Origin: Lama glama
Lineage: Eukaryota
Assembly (NCBI GenBank): GCA_028534125.1
Contig: CM052818.1
Location: forward strand, 6,450,001-6,514,000
Direction of reading: 5' to 3'
Length of the DNA stretch: 64,000 nt
Shown: in pieces, positions 1 to 11,855 of the stretch
How the letters are laid out: each line of letters opens with the position of its first letter
How positions within the stretch are numbered: the first letter of the stretch is position 1
The notes under the pieces: generated by a model
Databases searched by the model: none
Seen by the model: only the letters and a program-made list of their open reading frames with translations
Told to the model about the DNA's origin: nothing
Program-made: the position numbers and the translations under genes

Positions 1-404
1 TACCCAGCACCTACTTCCCACCTTCCCTTCCCAACCAAGCCGAGATTTCAAGGCTCCATTGCTCCTCTGCTCATTATTTAAGGAAAGTGGATCCCAAACC
101 CCCAGCCCTTGACTCATCCCACTCCCCCAGCTTCACTATTCATGAGCACACAGGCCATCTGGGCTGGGCCAGTAAGTTGATGACTTGGAACTCCAGGCAG
201 GAACCCCTCTATCTCTGTCCCCAGAGATGGGCAGGAAAGCATATTGCTTTGGGGGCTGTTGGCTGACTTAACATGCAGCAGACACCACAGACGACCAAAC
301 AGAGAGATTAACAGAGAATCACTCAATCAGGCCAACCTGAAGCCAGAACAGATGCTAGACAAGCCCAAATGGTCAACGTGCACTGATTATAAAGGCAGGG
401 AAAG

Positions 405-610
405 AGTGAGACCAGATTCAGACAACTTGGACTTGGAACCTGGATCTGTCACTTTTTAACTGGGTCATCTGGGCAAACAGCCTCTCTGAACCTCAGTTTT
501 CTAATCTCTAAAAATGAGGATAATAACAGTACTTCCTCCTAGAGTTACTGGAGGATGAAATGAGACAATCTGTGAAAAACACTCTGCACTGCACCTGGCT
601 CAGGGTAACC
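405..610 (+). mobile_element. MIR SINE (ancient, degenerate)
   Basis: Core cctctctgaacctcagttttctaatctctaaaaatgaggataataacagtac...ggatgaaatgagacaat matches the MIR core by eye. Confidence 0.8.
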
Positions 611-2215
611 GCTGGGTACGCTGCTATTTGGGGATATCTAAACGAAACCGTAGATGCACCAGCCGCTTCTTGCACGTCACCTCAGATTCCCTCGGCCTCA
701 CCTGTCTCTTCGTCCACTCAGACCACTTCCCACAGCACCACACTCAGGCCCACACGGGTCCTCCTTCTCTTCTCTCACAGGGATGCACCCACTCTGTTCA
801 TGCATGCATGACTCAGAAATGCAGGCAAGGTGACCTCCCACAGAGCAAATGTCCCAACAGCGGGAGATGAGAGCCAGTGAATAAGTACCCCTCCCTTTTC
901 CCAAAAGTCGCAATCTGGACTTCATATGCCCCAGGCCTCTTGAGCAGTCGGAGAGGATCAAGCTTCCCAGTGCCCAGAGCAGTGGTCGGATCCAACACAC
1001 ATCCTTCTTTTGGCTCTCCTTTCCCTGCTTCGGTCTCCAGTCCCCGGTTCCCTGGCCCCTGCTGCCTCTCAGGCCCTTATTTTAGGCAGACCGGGCTGAC
1101 CTCTGAATATCTCTGAGTGGCACAGTTTTATGGTTGGTGTTAATTTTTCTCTGTTTCCCTTATCTCTGTTTCCTAACCATTCTTTCAATGAACACATCCT
1201 ACTCTTGGGATTTTTAAGTTCTTCCCCCCACCCCTGTCAAGCTTATGGTCACAACTTCAAGACCAATTTCCCTGGGTTATGAAAGTAATATGAAACTAGA
1301 GTTAGGAGGCAAGTGTAGGAATGTGACATTAAACACTGCCAGAAAAAGAACACACCTAACACAGGGTCCTCCCGGGAAGGAGGGGGGCGTGGCTACTCTT
1401 CCTGGGTGCTCCACAGCTGCTCTGAGGTGGGTTTCTCAGGAAAGGGAGAAGCCTGTGCAGAGAGGGGAAGGGATACTGGCAAGGGAGGGTACCTGCCTCC
1501 TCTATTCCCCAGTGGGAATGAGGAGCTGGGCCCCCCACCCCCTAACACCCCACCTCTGTCCCCGGGCTGCAGGCCTTCTGTTCAGCCAAGGTGCTACGTG
1601 GCTGGCAGGCCCAGTGGAAAGGCAAGGGGGAGCAGGTGAAGCAAGGGGGGGGGGTGCCACACTAGGTGTGAAGGCCCCTCGCAGAGCCGGAGAGAGCCAT
1701 TTGCCTGTGGCTCAGACGAACGACTGAAAAGGCTCTGCACAGCACAGCTCTGTTTGAGGGACAGGAACACGCCTCAGGAGTCTCGTAATTACAAAGCGGG
1801 AGGCTCTGCGGCAGGACGTGGAAAACCCACCTCGACTGCTTACATCACTGAGTGGATCCTTGGCCCCCACTGTTTCCGGGTCTGCCTGCTGCCAAAGGAC
1901 AAAAGCCCGGGGCCCCAAGCTATGACCCAGGCTCTGGGCATCCACCCTTCTCCCCACGTCAGCCAGGGAGAAGCGGGACAGGGCCGGCTAAGTGCCATGC
2001 TGGGCTGGAGGTTCAGACTGTGTGGGGGACCCAATGGGGAGCCCCAGGGTTTTAATAACAAGCTCCCCTTCTGAGACAGGTCGGTAAGATCTCATGAATC
2101 AGCCCAAAACAATCAGAGAAAGATGCCACCTGAGCCCTGCCTCCTAAATCCAGCTAAGTCTCTCAAGGTGAAACCCACATGGACAATTTTTTTTAATTCC
2201 TACTAATTACCTCTT

Positions 2216-2597
2216 TCTTTATTGTGTTCAAAAATACAGAACATAAAATTTACCACCTTACCCATGCTTACACGTCCAGTACATTAGTGCTGACTGTGTA
2301 CACCTTGTTGTGCAACAGATCTCTATAACTTTCATCTTGCAAAACTGAAACTCTACACGCACGAGTGACATCTCCCTTCCTCCCTCTGCCCCAGCCCCTA
2401 GTAACCATCATTCTACTTTCTGTTTCTAAGAGTTTGGCTACTTTAGGTACCTCCTGTAAGTGGAATCATACAACACTTGTCTTTTCATGACTGATTTATT
2501 TCATCTAACATAATGTCCTCAAGATCCATCCATGGTGTGGCATGCGACAGGATTTCCTTCCTTCTAAGGCTGAATAATATCCCAGTGGATATATACT
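2216..2597 (-). mobile_element. L1 3' end fragment (L1MB-like)
   Basis: aaccatcattctactttctgtttct...gtaagtggaatcatacaacacttgtc...ggctgaataatatcc is the antisense L1 3' end; minus ORF 2485..2718 ends with the ORF2 C-terminus-like RRKEILSHATPWMDLEDIMLDEINQS. Confidence 0.85.
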
Positions 2598-2877
2598 GGG
2601 CGAATTTGCTGCACCATTTTACTGGTGAATGGTGAAAAGGAATGGACTTGTGAAAATAAACCTGCATTGATGCAACTCCTGCCCTGGCAGAAAGAGACAC
2701 TGCCTCTGGCTGGCTCAAATATCTAAGGTTGGGTCTTTCATTTGTTCATTGATTCATTTACATATCATGTATGTTCCAAGACCTACCACATCCCAGGACA
2801 CTGGATATGTGAGAGAAGACAGGCTGAGCCCCCGCCTTCATGGTGCTTCCAGCCCAGTAGATATGTATGAATGTCAT

Positions 2878-2975
2878 CAATATTTGATAATAACTTTGTA
2901 TGATGTATAATCTATAAAAATATCAAATCACTGTGTTGTATACCTGAAACTAATAGTGTAGGTCAAATATTCTTC
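2878..2975 (+). mobile_element. Short L1 3' terminal fragment
   Basis: aaatcactgtgttgtatacctgaaactaatagtgtaggtcaa resembles laurasiatherian L1 3' termini. Confidence 0.65.
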
Positions 2976-3769
2976 TGTATATTTTCTTCCAAAAGAAGCA
3001 ACAATGTACCTGAAAATTGTAAAGGTACTGAGGGCTTCAGGAGTGGTTTGATCAGGACTCTGACTTTGTTTCTCTGCATTTGTTTTATCAGTTGCCCCCA
3101 CCCTTGGGTCTGCAACATCTCCAGTCTGGCTTTGTTCAAGGTGTCACAGCAGCTCCATACCTCACAGCCATGTACACTGAACAGAAAAAGTTTCTCTTCC
3201 CCCAGCCACTGAAATAAGGCCTGACTTCACTCTAACTGGGCAAACTTAAATTTTGTCTCCTTTCCTATCCCAAACACTGTTGTCAGGGGAAAGCCTGACT
3301 GGTCTGAGCTCACAGTATGTATCTATCCCTAAATCAATTCATTCATTTATTTTAAAAATATTGGATGCCTATTACTAGAGCCACCTGATACATCCTTACA
3401 GTAAACTCTCATTTCTGTTTAACCTGGTTTGAGGAGGGCTCTGTCATTTGTAACCAACAAAAAGACCCTAATTAAGACACAGACCACATGTGGAGCATTT
3501 TGAGAAGGAGCCCTAACAATCAGATAACCCTCCAATCAGTCCTGTTGCAATCAGTAAACTGAATAAGCAAGATACTTGGATTACAGTGATCAAAACAAGA
3601 TCACTGTTGTCTCCCACCACTTCTTTAAGTTATACTCAGAAAGGTATCACCCCCTTTCTCAGATGAAAACGCCACAGTATTTCTGCCCACTCATACATCA
3701 AAGACAAGCCTGAGTCACTTATGAATCCCAAATAAAGTCTTAACTCCAAAACAAGGATGCTCAGTCATT

Positions 3770-3862
3770 GTAATATTTGGGACACACTTATATTAAAAAA
3801 GGATTCACTGTTTCTCTGAAATTCAAACTAAACTGGGCATCCTGTATTTTATCTGACAGCCT
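3770..3862. mobile_element. Half of a MER53-like palindromic hAT MITE
   Basis: aatatttgggacacacttatattaaaaaa...ctgaaattcaaactaaactgggcatcctgtattttatctgacagcct matches one arm of MER53. Confidence 0.65.
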
Positions 3863-3867
3863 GCTTC

Positions 3868-4112
3868 ACTGTCTTCACAACATGGCAGCTGGTTTCCCCC
3901 AGAACAAGTGACCCAGAGAGAGAGCCAGGAGGAAGCCACAACTCCTCTTATGACCTAGTCTTGGAGGTCTCACCCTTTCACTTCCACCATATTCTATATT
4001 CATTAGAAGCAAGTCACTAAGTCCAGCCCACACTCAAGCACAGGGGAGTCAACCATCATCTGTTGAAGGAAGAAGTATTAGAGAATCTGCTAATGTATTT
4101 TAAACCACAACA
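3868..4112 (-). mobile_element. MLT1 (ERVL-MaLR) LTR fragment
   Basis: cacaacatggcagctggtttcccc...tcacttccaccatattcta...aagcaagtcactaagtccagcccacactcaag is typical antisense MLT1F/G/H. Confidence 0.75.
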
Positions 4113-5392
4113 ATCCCACATCTTCTTTCTTTCCCGGGCAGCTCCCTACCTGGTCCTCAAGACACACTCGCACATCCTGTCCCCTATACAACTTGGGGTC
4201 TGGGGACAAAGAGCCTTCTCTGGCCACTTAGGTTTCCAGGTGGGCGTCCACACTCCGCCTTGAGTCGACACTAATGCTCCATGTCTCCTCCATGGAAAGC
4301 ACTTTCCAAAGTTCTGGTGTCTCAAGCCAGGGGTTAGAGGAAGCACCTCCACCCTTCCCCAAAGAGGGAAGCTGGGGGCTCAAGACACAGTAACAGCTCT
4401 CTTCAAAGAAATCTCTTCACAGACTCTTGTTCTTTTCTTTCTCTCCTCATCGCTTTTTAAGGACGTCCAAAGGTCAGCCAGCAGGTTCCCAGGGATTTTC
4501 TTTGCTAAGAAAATCTCAATCTAACATCTTTCACATCAGTATATAAAAGGACTTGATTCAAGATAAAGGAAGCATCGCAAACCAGGAAAGGGGATGGTAT
4601 ATTCACAAATCATGTGGGCAAGACTGGCTCTTGGATTTGAGAAAAATCTTAAATTGTACACTCACTAGGAATCATATGCAAAAAAAAATAATTTGAGATA
4701 TCTGGAGCCAATTTAAAAAAAGAAACAATTCTGAAACTGGGAAACTTTTAAGTAAATGTTTAACCAATTTTGAAATAACAGAGAACCTTCTAAGCCATGA
4801 TGCAGTGAGGGGGTGGGGGTGGGGTGCAGAGGTAAAGATAATAGGTCTAGCAGCTCTCTGTAACTAAGACACACTGAGAACCTGCCACGAAACTGAGCCT
4901 CCGAAAATCCTCTCCTAGTATCAGAGGTGGGAAAGACTCCACGAATTCAATCTACGTGTTATATGACAGACCAAGAGATGTCTTCCTGTAATATTCCACA
5001 AGCCACTTTGAACTGAACCCAACAGAACATGTTCTAAACTCTGAAGTGAAATTGCTGCTTTCCATCAGATGAATATCATATTTACAACAGACACAGCCAG
5101 AGATCGGGCTCTATCCTCTGCCCATTCATTTTACAAAAACTATTATGAGCCCAGACTCTGCCCAGCACTGCTGCAGGCTCACGGGACCCCAGGGTCAACC
5201 AGACCATGCTTCCCTCTGTCCCTCGTGCAGTTTACCTTCTTTGGAGGCAGAGGAACAATACCTAAGTAAATAAATTAACACACTTTTTTCATAGAACAAG
5301 AAAGTGCATCATAATATAGATCATATTTACTACCCAGAATTATTTTCATTGAACTGTGTTCTCACCACTTAGCAGGGGAACCCACTGAAAGC

Positions 5393-5570
5393 TGCGGTTC
5401 TCAACCAAACTGGGCTGCACTTTGGACTAACGTGGGAAGTTTTATAAAACACTGACGTCTGAGTCCCACTCGCAGAGATTCCGGCATAACTTGCCTGGGG
5501 CGCCACCTGAGCATCAGGATTTTCTCATCTCCTTGGGTGATTCTTACATGCCTCCAGACTGAGAACCATG
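5393..5570. mobile_element. MER5-type hAT-Charlie MITE
   Basis: Ends gcggttctcaa ... tgagaaccatgg form inverted termini; interior cagagattc / ggtgattctt typical of MER5. Confidence 0.75.
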
Positions 5571-5772
5571 GAAAGGGGCACATAAAAGAAAGGACCGCTA
5601 GATGTCGCTGTTCCCAAAGGTTTGACGAGAAACAGCCCTCACGTAGTCAATGACTTAAATTCCCACCTGGATGACATTTTTTGCCAGATTTGGGGCCCAA
5701 GGAAAAGTGCAGCAAAAATTATTCCTCAATTTTTCTTTGGTCTAAATGAAGCAAGTCACACAAAACCCAAGC

Positions 5773-6163
5773 ATTATTAGTTTCCTAGGGCTGTCATAAC
5801 GAAATACCACAGACAGGGTGGCTGAAATTAGAAAAATTAATTTTCTTATAATTCTGGAAGCTAGAAGTTCAAGAACAAGGTACCAGCAGGGCTGGTTTCT
5901 TTTGAGGTCTCCGCCCTCGACTGGCAGGTGACCACCGTCTTGCTGTTTCCTCCCAGGGTCATCCTTCTGCCCGTGCTGCCTGGGTCCCAATCTCTCTGCT
6001 TATGAGGACACCAGTCATACTCAAGTGGGGCGCGCCCATATAAACTCATGGTACTTTAATTACCCCTTTAAAGTCCCTGTCTCCACATACAGTCACATTC
6101 CGAGGTACTAGGGCATGGGGCTTCAACATACAGATTTTGAGAGGCATAATTCAACTAGTAACA
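5773..6163 (-). mobile_element. MLT1A-type MaLR solo LTR
   Basis: tattagtttcctagggctgtcataacgaaataccacagac...gaggacaccagtcat...acagtcacattccgaggtactaggg...ttcaactagtaaca. Confidence 0.85.
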
Positions 6164-6192
6164 GCAAGAAATCAGAACCAAAACCAACCTAC

Positions 6193-6444
6193 TTGAATAA
6201 CTGAAAAAAAAATCATAAGTTTCCCAGCCATGTACAGTTCACAGATCTGCCACAGCGTTGCTATGGAGAGAAAACTGCATTTTCTTAAAGTCTCCTTTCC
6301 AAAGGCCACATCTGTTATTTAATTTTAATTTAAAGTTTCCTAAATAGCCCATACAGACTTAGAATTCAAGTATTCAATCACTTCTTTAACCTTCTTTCCT
6401 GAACCAGGATACTTAAGCACTGAGGGGAAAAAAAAAGCAACAGC
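6193..6444 (-). other. Candidate non-coding exon E with two alternative 3' splice sites (starts 6444 or 6419)
   Basis: Minus-strand acceptors ctgttccttttctcttag| and gctttttttttcccctcag|; donor CAA|GTAGGT after 6193; 252 or 227 nt of non-repeat sequence. Confidence 0.45.
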
Positions 6445-7249
6445 CTAAGAGAAAAGGAACAGAGTTCTGCTGTGACTGTGCTGGTAGTAAATTATGTTCT
6501 CATCACTATTTCTACAACACAAGAGATGCATATTCATTGAAGAAATGTTAGGAAGTACAATACAAAAAATTACTTAAAAATCATCCAAAACCCCAGTAAC
6601 CAAAGTCACACTCAGAATACACCCATCAAGGCTTTTCCTCCTTGGGTACGTGTGTGTCCCCCAAAAAGGAGCCATCTGGTTTCTGTGACTTGCTTTTCTT
6701 CACACAGCAAAACATCCTGAGCACTTTTCCATGCCAATATTTACGCAGTGGAAACTTGAACAGAGGGATCTATCATCATTTTGTGTATGTGTTTATCTGG
6801 ATAAAAGTTATGCATGTATACAGTGGAAATTTGGTGGCGGATATAATGAAAATGCCCTTTCTCCCTTCCAGTCCCACTTCACCCCCACCCCCAACTCTTC
6901 ATTCTAAGACAAGACAGGAGACAAGGACTGTTCTGGAACAGTGTGATCCACAGCCTGTGCATGTGTGGCTGTGGGGGAGCCGTGTGCAGAACAGCCGTGA
7001 TGTCAAGGGGGCCAAAAGCTGCCCACCTCACACACACACAGAAGGTAAAGACATGCTGTCACTGCCTGTCAGGGTGTCTGAAAACCCCCACCACCAAAGT
7101 CACCCTTTAAAAGCCTTCCGGAGACTTCTCTGTGGGGCTGTTGTGACGGTCGCCTCGGAGGCATGATTCATTTGACAGTTAACGCGCCCTCACACACTCT
7201 CCTGTCTGGTGAAATCATTCCAGTCCACTGAACAGCCCCCCAGGAGGAA

Positions 7250-7780
7250 GCTGGGGAGCCGAGCCCTCCAACACAACAGCCGCGAGATGCGTGTGGCTGT
7301 TTGCAGTGGAATTAGTTAAAATGAGAAATTCCACAAAACCGGAAGCCGGGCAACCCCCTTTCCTGCCCGCTCGCTGTCCCTGCGGGCACCCGACCTCACG
7401 CCCAGAGGAGGGGCCCCGCCGTCCGGGGGCCCCGGGGAAAGAGCTGCAGGAGCAGAGGGTCCCATCACAGTGCTGCGGTCAGCTAGGCCCGGGATCTGCC
7501 ACATCTGCGTTTGCATTTTTGCGGCAGAGGAACCACTGGGAGCAGTGTGAGCGAGGCTAGCAAGGAGGGACACCTGGGGCAAGGGCTTCCAAATCCCAAA
7601 CCCGCGTCCCCTCTGCGCCCAGGCCTCACACAGCTTTCAAGAACCTGGTCCCCGACCCCCACAAGCTCAGGACCCTCTTCCCCTCTGTCCCAAACCCTAG
7701 CCGGAGTCACACGTCCAAACAAGAACTGAACACGCCCACCGTCAGTAGAACCTCCATGGGCGCCAAAATCCCTCACACAA
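7250..7780. promoter_or_regulatory. GC/CpG-enriched segment, possible internal promoter or enhancer
   Basis: Visibly raised CpG density (gccgcgagatgcgtg, cccgctcgctg, gccccgccgtccgggggccccgggg) relative to flanks; no repeat recognised. Confidence 0.35.
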
Positions 7781-8350
7781 GCAGCCCCAGAGGCACGCTG
7801 GCTGCTTCAGGAAAGTCACACTGAACCCGTGGGTGAGGGATTTACTCAGAAAAGAGGGAGTCACAGCAAAAACAAACTAAAATAGTTTCAGAACAACCCT
7901 ATCCCCTACCCCATGCCCCCAGCAAAAGAGAAATTTCCCAAGTTTCTCCCGGCAGGAATGTGTCCAAATTGCTGTCCAAAAAATGCCAAGACAGCCATCC
8001 TCCCCCCACCCCAGCTGGTTCAGAAGCACCAACAAAAAGGCAGCAAGCGCACTTGAACTTCAAGCTGCCACATGCTGTAATGAGCACGTGAAGAAACCAA
8101 ATATCTTCCACGAAACCTAAAACAAGCCAGCACCTCCTCCCAGCAGCTCACATACACGCACATTCACACACGCAACGGAGAGTTTTCATGGCAAATGAAC
8201 ACCCTGGGGAGAGTTCCACAGAGAAATTTTCTTCTGAGTTTCTGCACAAGCCAAGCCAGTTTCAGAGAAGCTGAGGAATCACAGAAGCACATTTTTACCC
8301 TTTTCTGCTCTTTTCCCCCATTTTTTTTCCCTCTTTCCTGCCCTACTTAC

Positions 8351-8485
8351 CAACCTCCCAGCTCCTAGGCAAACGACCTGTGCCAAACGCAGCTTGGACA
8401 CCTTTGAGAAAGCTCCAGATTCATACTAACTGCATGATCCCATGGCCACACGGACCCAGGAGGGAGGGGAATGAGATTCACGGCG
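8351..8485 (-). other. Candidate non-coding exon D (or alternative first exon); 5' boundary uncertain
   Basis: Strong minus-strand donor TTG|GTAAGT after 8351; possible acceptors gggttactttgtag| (8485) or gatcatgcag| (8429) are weaker. Confidence 0.35.
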
Positions 8486-9566
8486 CTACAAAGTAACCCA
8501 GGGGTTGAGGGAGGTGCAGAAGAACATTAATAAAGCAGAACTGGGAGCGGCCCCTGCTGCTCCCGACCCCCCTCATCAAGCTGGCAGCTGGTGAGGCGGG
8601 TCTCTGGAGATGGAGAAGGATGTGGGAGGGGGCCTAAAAGGGTCAGGATGTTCGCTGGACGTCAGGGAAGTATGCAGTGATTAGGGAAGCAGCCCCTTTC
8701 CATACAGAAAACTGCACCCTGAGCCCTCAAGTTCTTTAATGATTTCTGGTCTGAAAAGGCCCTCGAGTATAAAGCCAAGAAAGGGAAAACTCTTCCGGTG
8801 TATCAGCTGCCATCATCCGGTTGTTACCAGGAAATAGGAAACAGGCTGGAGGTCTGAGGACGGGCAGGAATTCGAAGGAAAGCCTGAGAAAATAAGAGGA
8901 AGCTGGAGCAGCCAGAGGTGTCATTTTCTGATATTTTTGTGATGATGGACACGATGACCAAAGGTTACCAAATTCAGATCAAGTTCAAGTTCGGGGCCCC
9001 AACAGCCCAGTCCTCGCGCTGGTTCTCAAGGATTTAAGTCAGAGCACTGGCTTGGGTCATGCTGGGAAAATCAGCCTCCTGTTGGGCAATCAGGAGAAAC
9101 AAGGCCCAAAGGGTTCATCTATCTGTCTGTCCATCTGTCTGTCTGAAGATGCCAGATCTTGGCCTGAGCAGTCCTTGCCAAGGAGGCTGGGTACACAGGC
9201 CACTGGGTGACCGTGACCCACAGATGCATTCGGTTTGTCTGATACAGTACTGGCTGACCCAGGGCTTTTAAAATTTGAAAGAGTTGCCAACTGTCAAGTC
9301 CCCGCCTGAGAAGCTAATTTCAAGAGGAGGATGAATAAGAAAGAACTCACTGGTTTCACTGTTTGCTAGGCTGCCAACCAAGCAAGGGGGAATGCGAATG
9401 GGGATGGAGGTGATGATGACAATTTGTATCAAACGTATAAAACGCGCCAGACACTGTTCCTGTTTCATCCTCATAAGCCAGTACAGCAGCAAGTCGGTAC
9501 CACTGCGGTCACCAGTTACCAGAGCAAACGAGGCTGAGGGTGGCTGTGCGCCCTGCCCAAGGATAC

Positions 9567-9973
9567 TGTTAGCAGTTGAACTGTGCACCCCTCCCCCCAA
9601 AAAATTCCTATGTTGAAGTCTCAATTTCCAGTAGCTCAGAATGTGCTCTTATTTGGAGATACGGTCTTTATACAGGTAATCGAGTTGAATCGAGGTCACT
9701 GGGGTGGGCCTTAATTCAACATGACTGGTGTCTTATAAAAAGGGGAGACTTGGAGACAGACACTTGTGAAGAGACCCTGGGAGAATACGGTCATCTATAA
9801 GCCAAGGAGAAAGGCCTGGAACAGATCCTTCCCTAACCGTCCTCAGAGGGAACCAGCCCTGCCAACACTTGGATTTCAGACTTCCAGCCCCCAGAACTGG
9901 GAGACAACACATTTCCATCGCTTGAGCCTCCCAGTCTACGGGACTTTGTTACTGTCCCTAGAAAACTAACACA
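9567..9973 (+). mobile_element. MLT1B/A-type MaLR solo LTR, near full length
   Basis: Starts TGTT, ends aaactaacACA; interior tatgttgaagtc...gaatgtg...ttatttggagat...atgactggtgtcttataaaaagggga...accagccctgccaacacttggatttcagacttccagcc. Confidence 0.88.
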
Positions 9974-11147
9974 ACGCCCAGTCGGTCTGCAAACCCAGGT
10001 GTGACTGACTCCCACCGCAGGCCCTGGGGCTGACGAGCACACTGGGCATGCCCCCTGGCTGGGAGTGAGCAGCTGCTCTGTGCAGGCCCTGCCTAGAGCA
10101 TCAAAGACGGGAACACTGACACCTGCCGCTTCATCCACACCCCCGCAACCTGTCCAGCCCCCCTGTGTCTCTCCGTTCTTCATGGTGCCTCCACCAGCTG
10201 GTTCTTTGGGCTACTGACCATCGCCCCGTTACCCCCAGTCCCTTCCCCTACCAGGAACACTCAGGAACCCTTGTTCCTAGGGAGACACCCTCCTCTGCTT
10301 CGCAGCCTTTCCTGCTGAAAGCTTTGTCCACCTCCTGCTTCTCCCACACGCCCCAGACCCAAGGCAAGACGACAGAGCAGTTGGCAGCTGCTGTTCCCAA
10401 GACACCAGTTTCCACCCTCAGCCAAGCTCCTCCTCCAACTCTCCAACATCGACCACGTCCAGTTCCTGTTTCCAGGCCACACCTGCCTCCATGGAGAACC
10501 GTGGCACCGGCCATCAACCTCCTAACGACCTTATTCCAACCAACACCCCTGGCTCAGCACCCCTCAGCCCTCTGGACTTCACCTCCACTCCACCCACCCA
10601 TGCGCGCGGCCTCACCCAGACCCGTGCCACCCCCTGAATGGCTCTACTTCTGACATCAAAACCATGGCCTGTGACCTCTCTCGCGTCCTCCCTTCCGCCA
10701 GCCCTGGCCTCTGCCCGCCCCCCACCCCGCCCTCTCAGCAGAGCACGCACGTCTGCCTGCCTTGCCAAGAGCTTCTTTCCCCACCTCTGGATTCCGTTCC
10801 CGCCGGGCAGTGACCACCATTACCTCCCATCAGTACTCCCTCCGTTGTCACCGCTTCTCTGCAAGGTCCTTTTCCTCCAGTATGTAAACTCAGCCAAATC
10901 TCTATCATCTTTAAAGAGGAGAATTCCATTTGTGTGAAAAAAAAATTTTTTTGGAAGATAAGAAACTGATCATAATTCTTACTTTAAGAGAGAGGGACTT
11001 AGAAATGAAAGGTACGGAATTTTGCTTTTCAGTTTATACATTTGCTATAGCATTTGATTTTTTTCCCACTTATGTGTAATATGTTCATTTAAAATAGCAA
11101 ACAAATAAATAAAAAGGTAGTGATTTAACCCCTGCCTCTTCTCTAGA

Positions 11148-11647
11148 NNNNNNNNNNNNNNNNNNNNNNNNNNNNNNNNNNNNNNNNNNNNNNNNNNNNN
11201 NNNNNNNNNNNNNNNNNNNNNNNNNNNNNNNNNNNNNNNNNNNNNNNNNNNNNNNNNNNNNNNNNNNNNNNNNNNNNNNNNNNNNNNNNNNNNNNNNNNN
11301 NNNNNNNNNNNNNNNNNNNNNNNNNNNNNNNNNNNNNNNNNNNNNNNNNNNNNNNNNNNNNNNNNNNNNNNNNNNNNNNNNNNNNNNNNNNNNNNNNNNN
11401 NNNNNNNNNNNNNNNNNNNNNNNNNNNNNNNNNNNNNNNNNNNNNNNNNNNNNNNNNNNNNNNNNNNNNNNNNNNNNNNNNNNNNNNNNNNNNNNNNNNN
11501 NNNNNNNNNNNNNNNNNNNNNNNNNNNNNNNNNNNNNNNNNNNNNNNNNNNNNNNNNNNNNNNNNNNNNNNNNNNNNNNNNNNNNNNNNNNNNNNNNNNN
11601 NNNNNNNNNNNNNNNNNNNNNNNNNNNNNNNNNNNNNNNNNNNNNNN
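11148..11647. other. Assembly gap, exactly 500 N
   Basis: Counted N run. Confidence 0.97.
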
Positions 11648-11855
11648 ACACTCATGTACAAGTTTTTGTGTGGACACAGGTTTTCGATTCTCTTGGGTAT
11701 AGTCCTAGGAGTGGAACTGCTGGGTCATATATCAACTTTCCATAGCAGCCACAACCTTTCATATTCAAGCAGTATACAAAGGTCCAATTTCTCCACCTCC
11801 TGGTCAGCACTTGTTACTGTCCATCTTTTTCATCACAGCCATCCTAGTGAGTTAA
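11648..11855 (-). mobile_element. Old L1 ORF2 3' fragment, cut by the gap
   Basis: tgtacaagtttttgtgtggacacagg...tctcttgggtatagtcctaggagtggaactgctgggtcatat...cagccatcctagtg. Confidence 0.8.

Noticed and set aside
3770..3862. Possible miR-1302-like hairpin from MER53
   Set aside because: Only one arm of the palindromic element is present, so no long stem can form
6642..7166. 174-aa + strand ORF (similarly 1245-1727, 10165-10653, 17300-17803, 27201-27758, 34147-34629)
   Set aside because: No recognisable domain or splice context, often non-ATG starts and biased composition; expected by chance in GC-rich intronic DNA
11045..11677. Long ORFs across gap 1 (likewise at 32484-33270 and 49322-50090)
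   Set aside because: Artefacts of translating N runs as X
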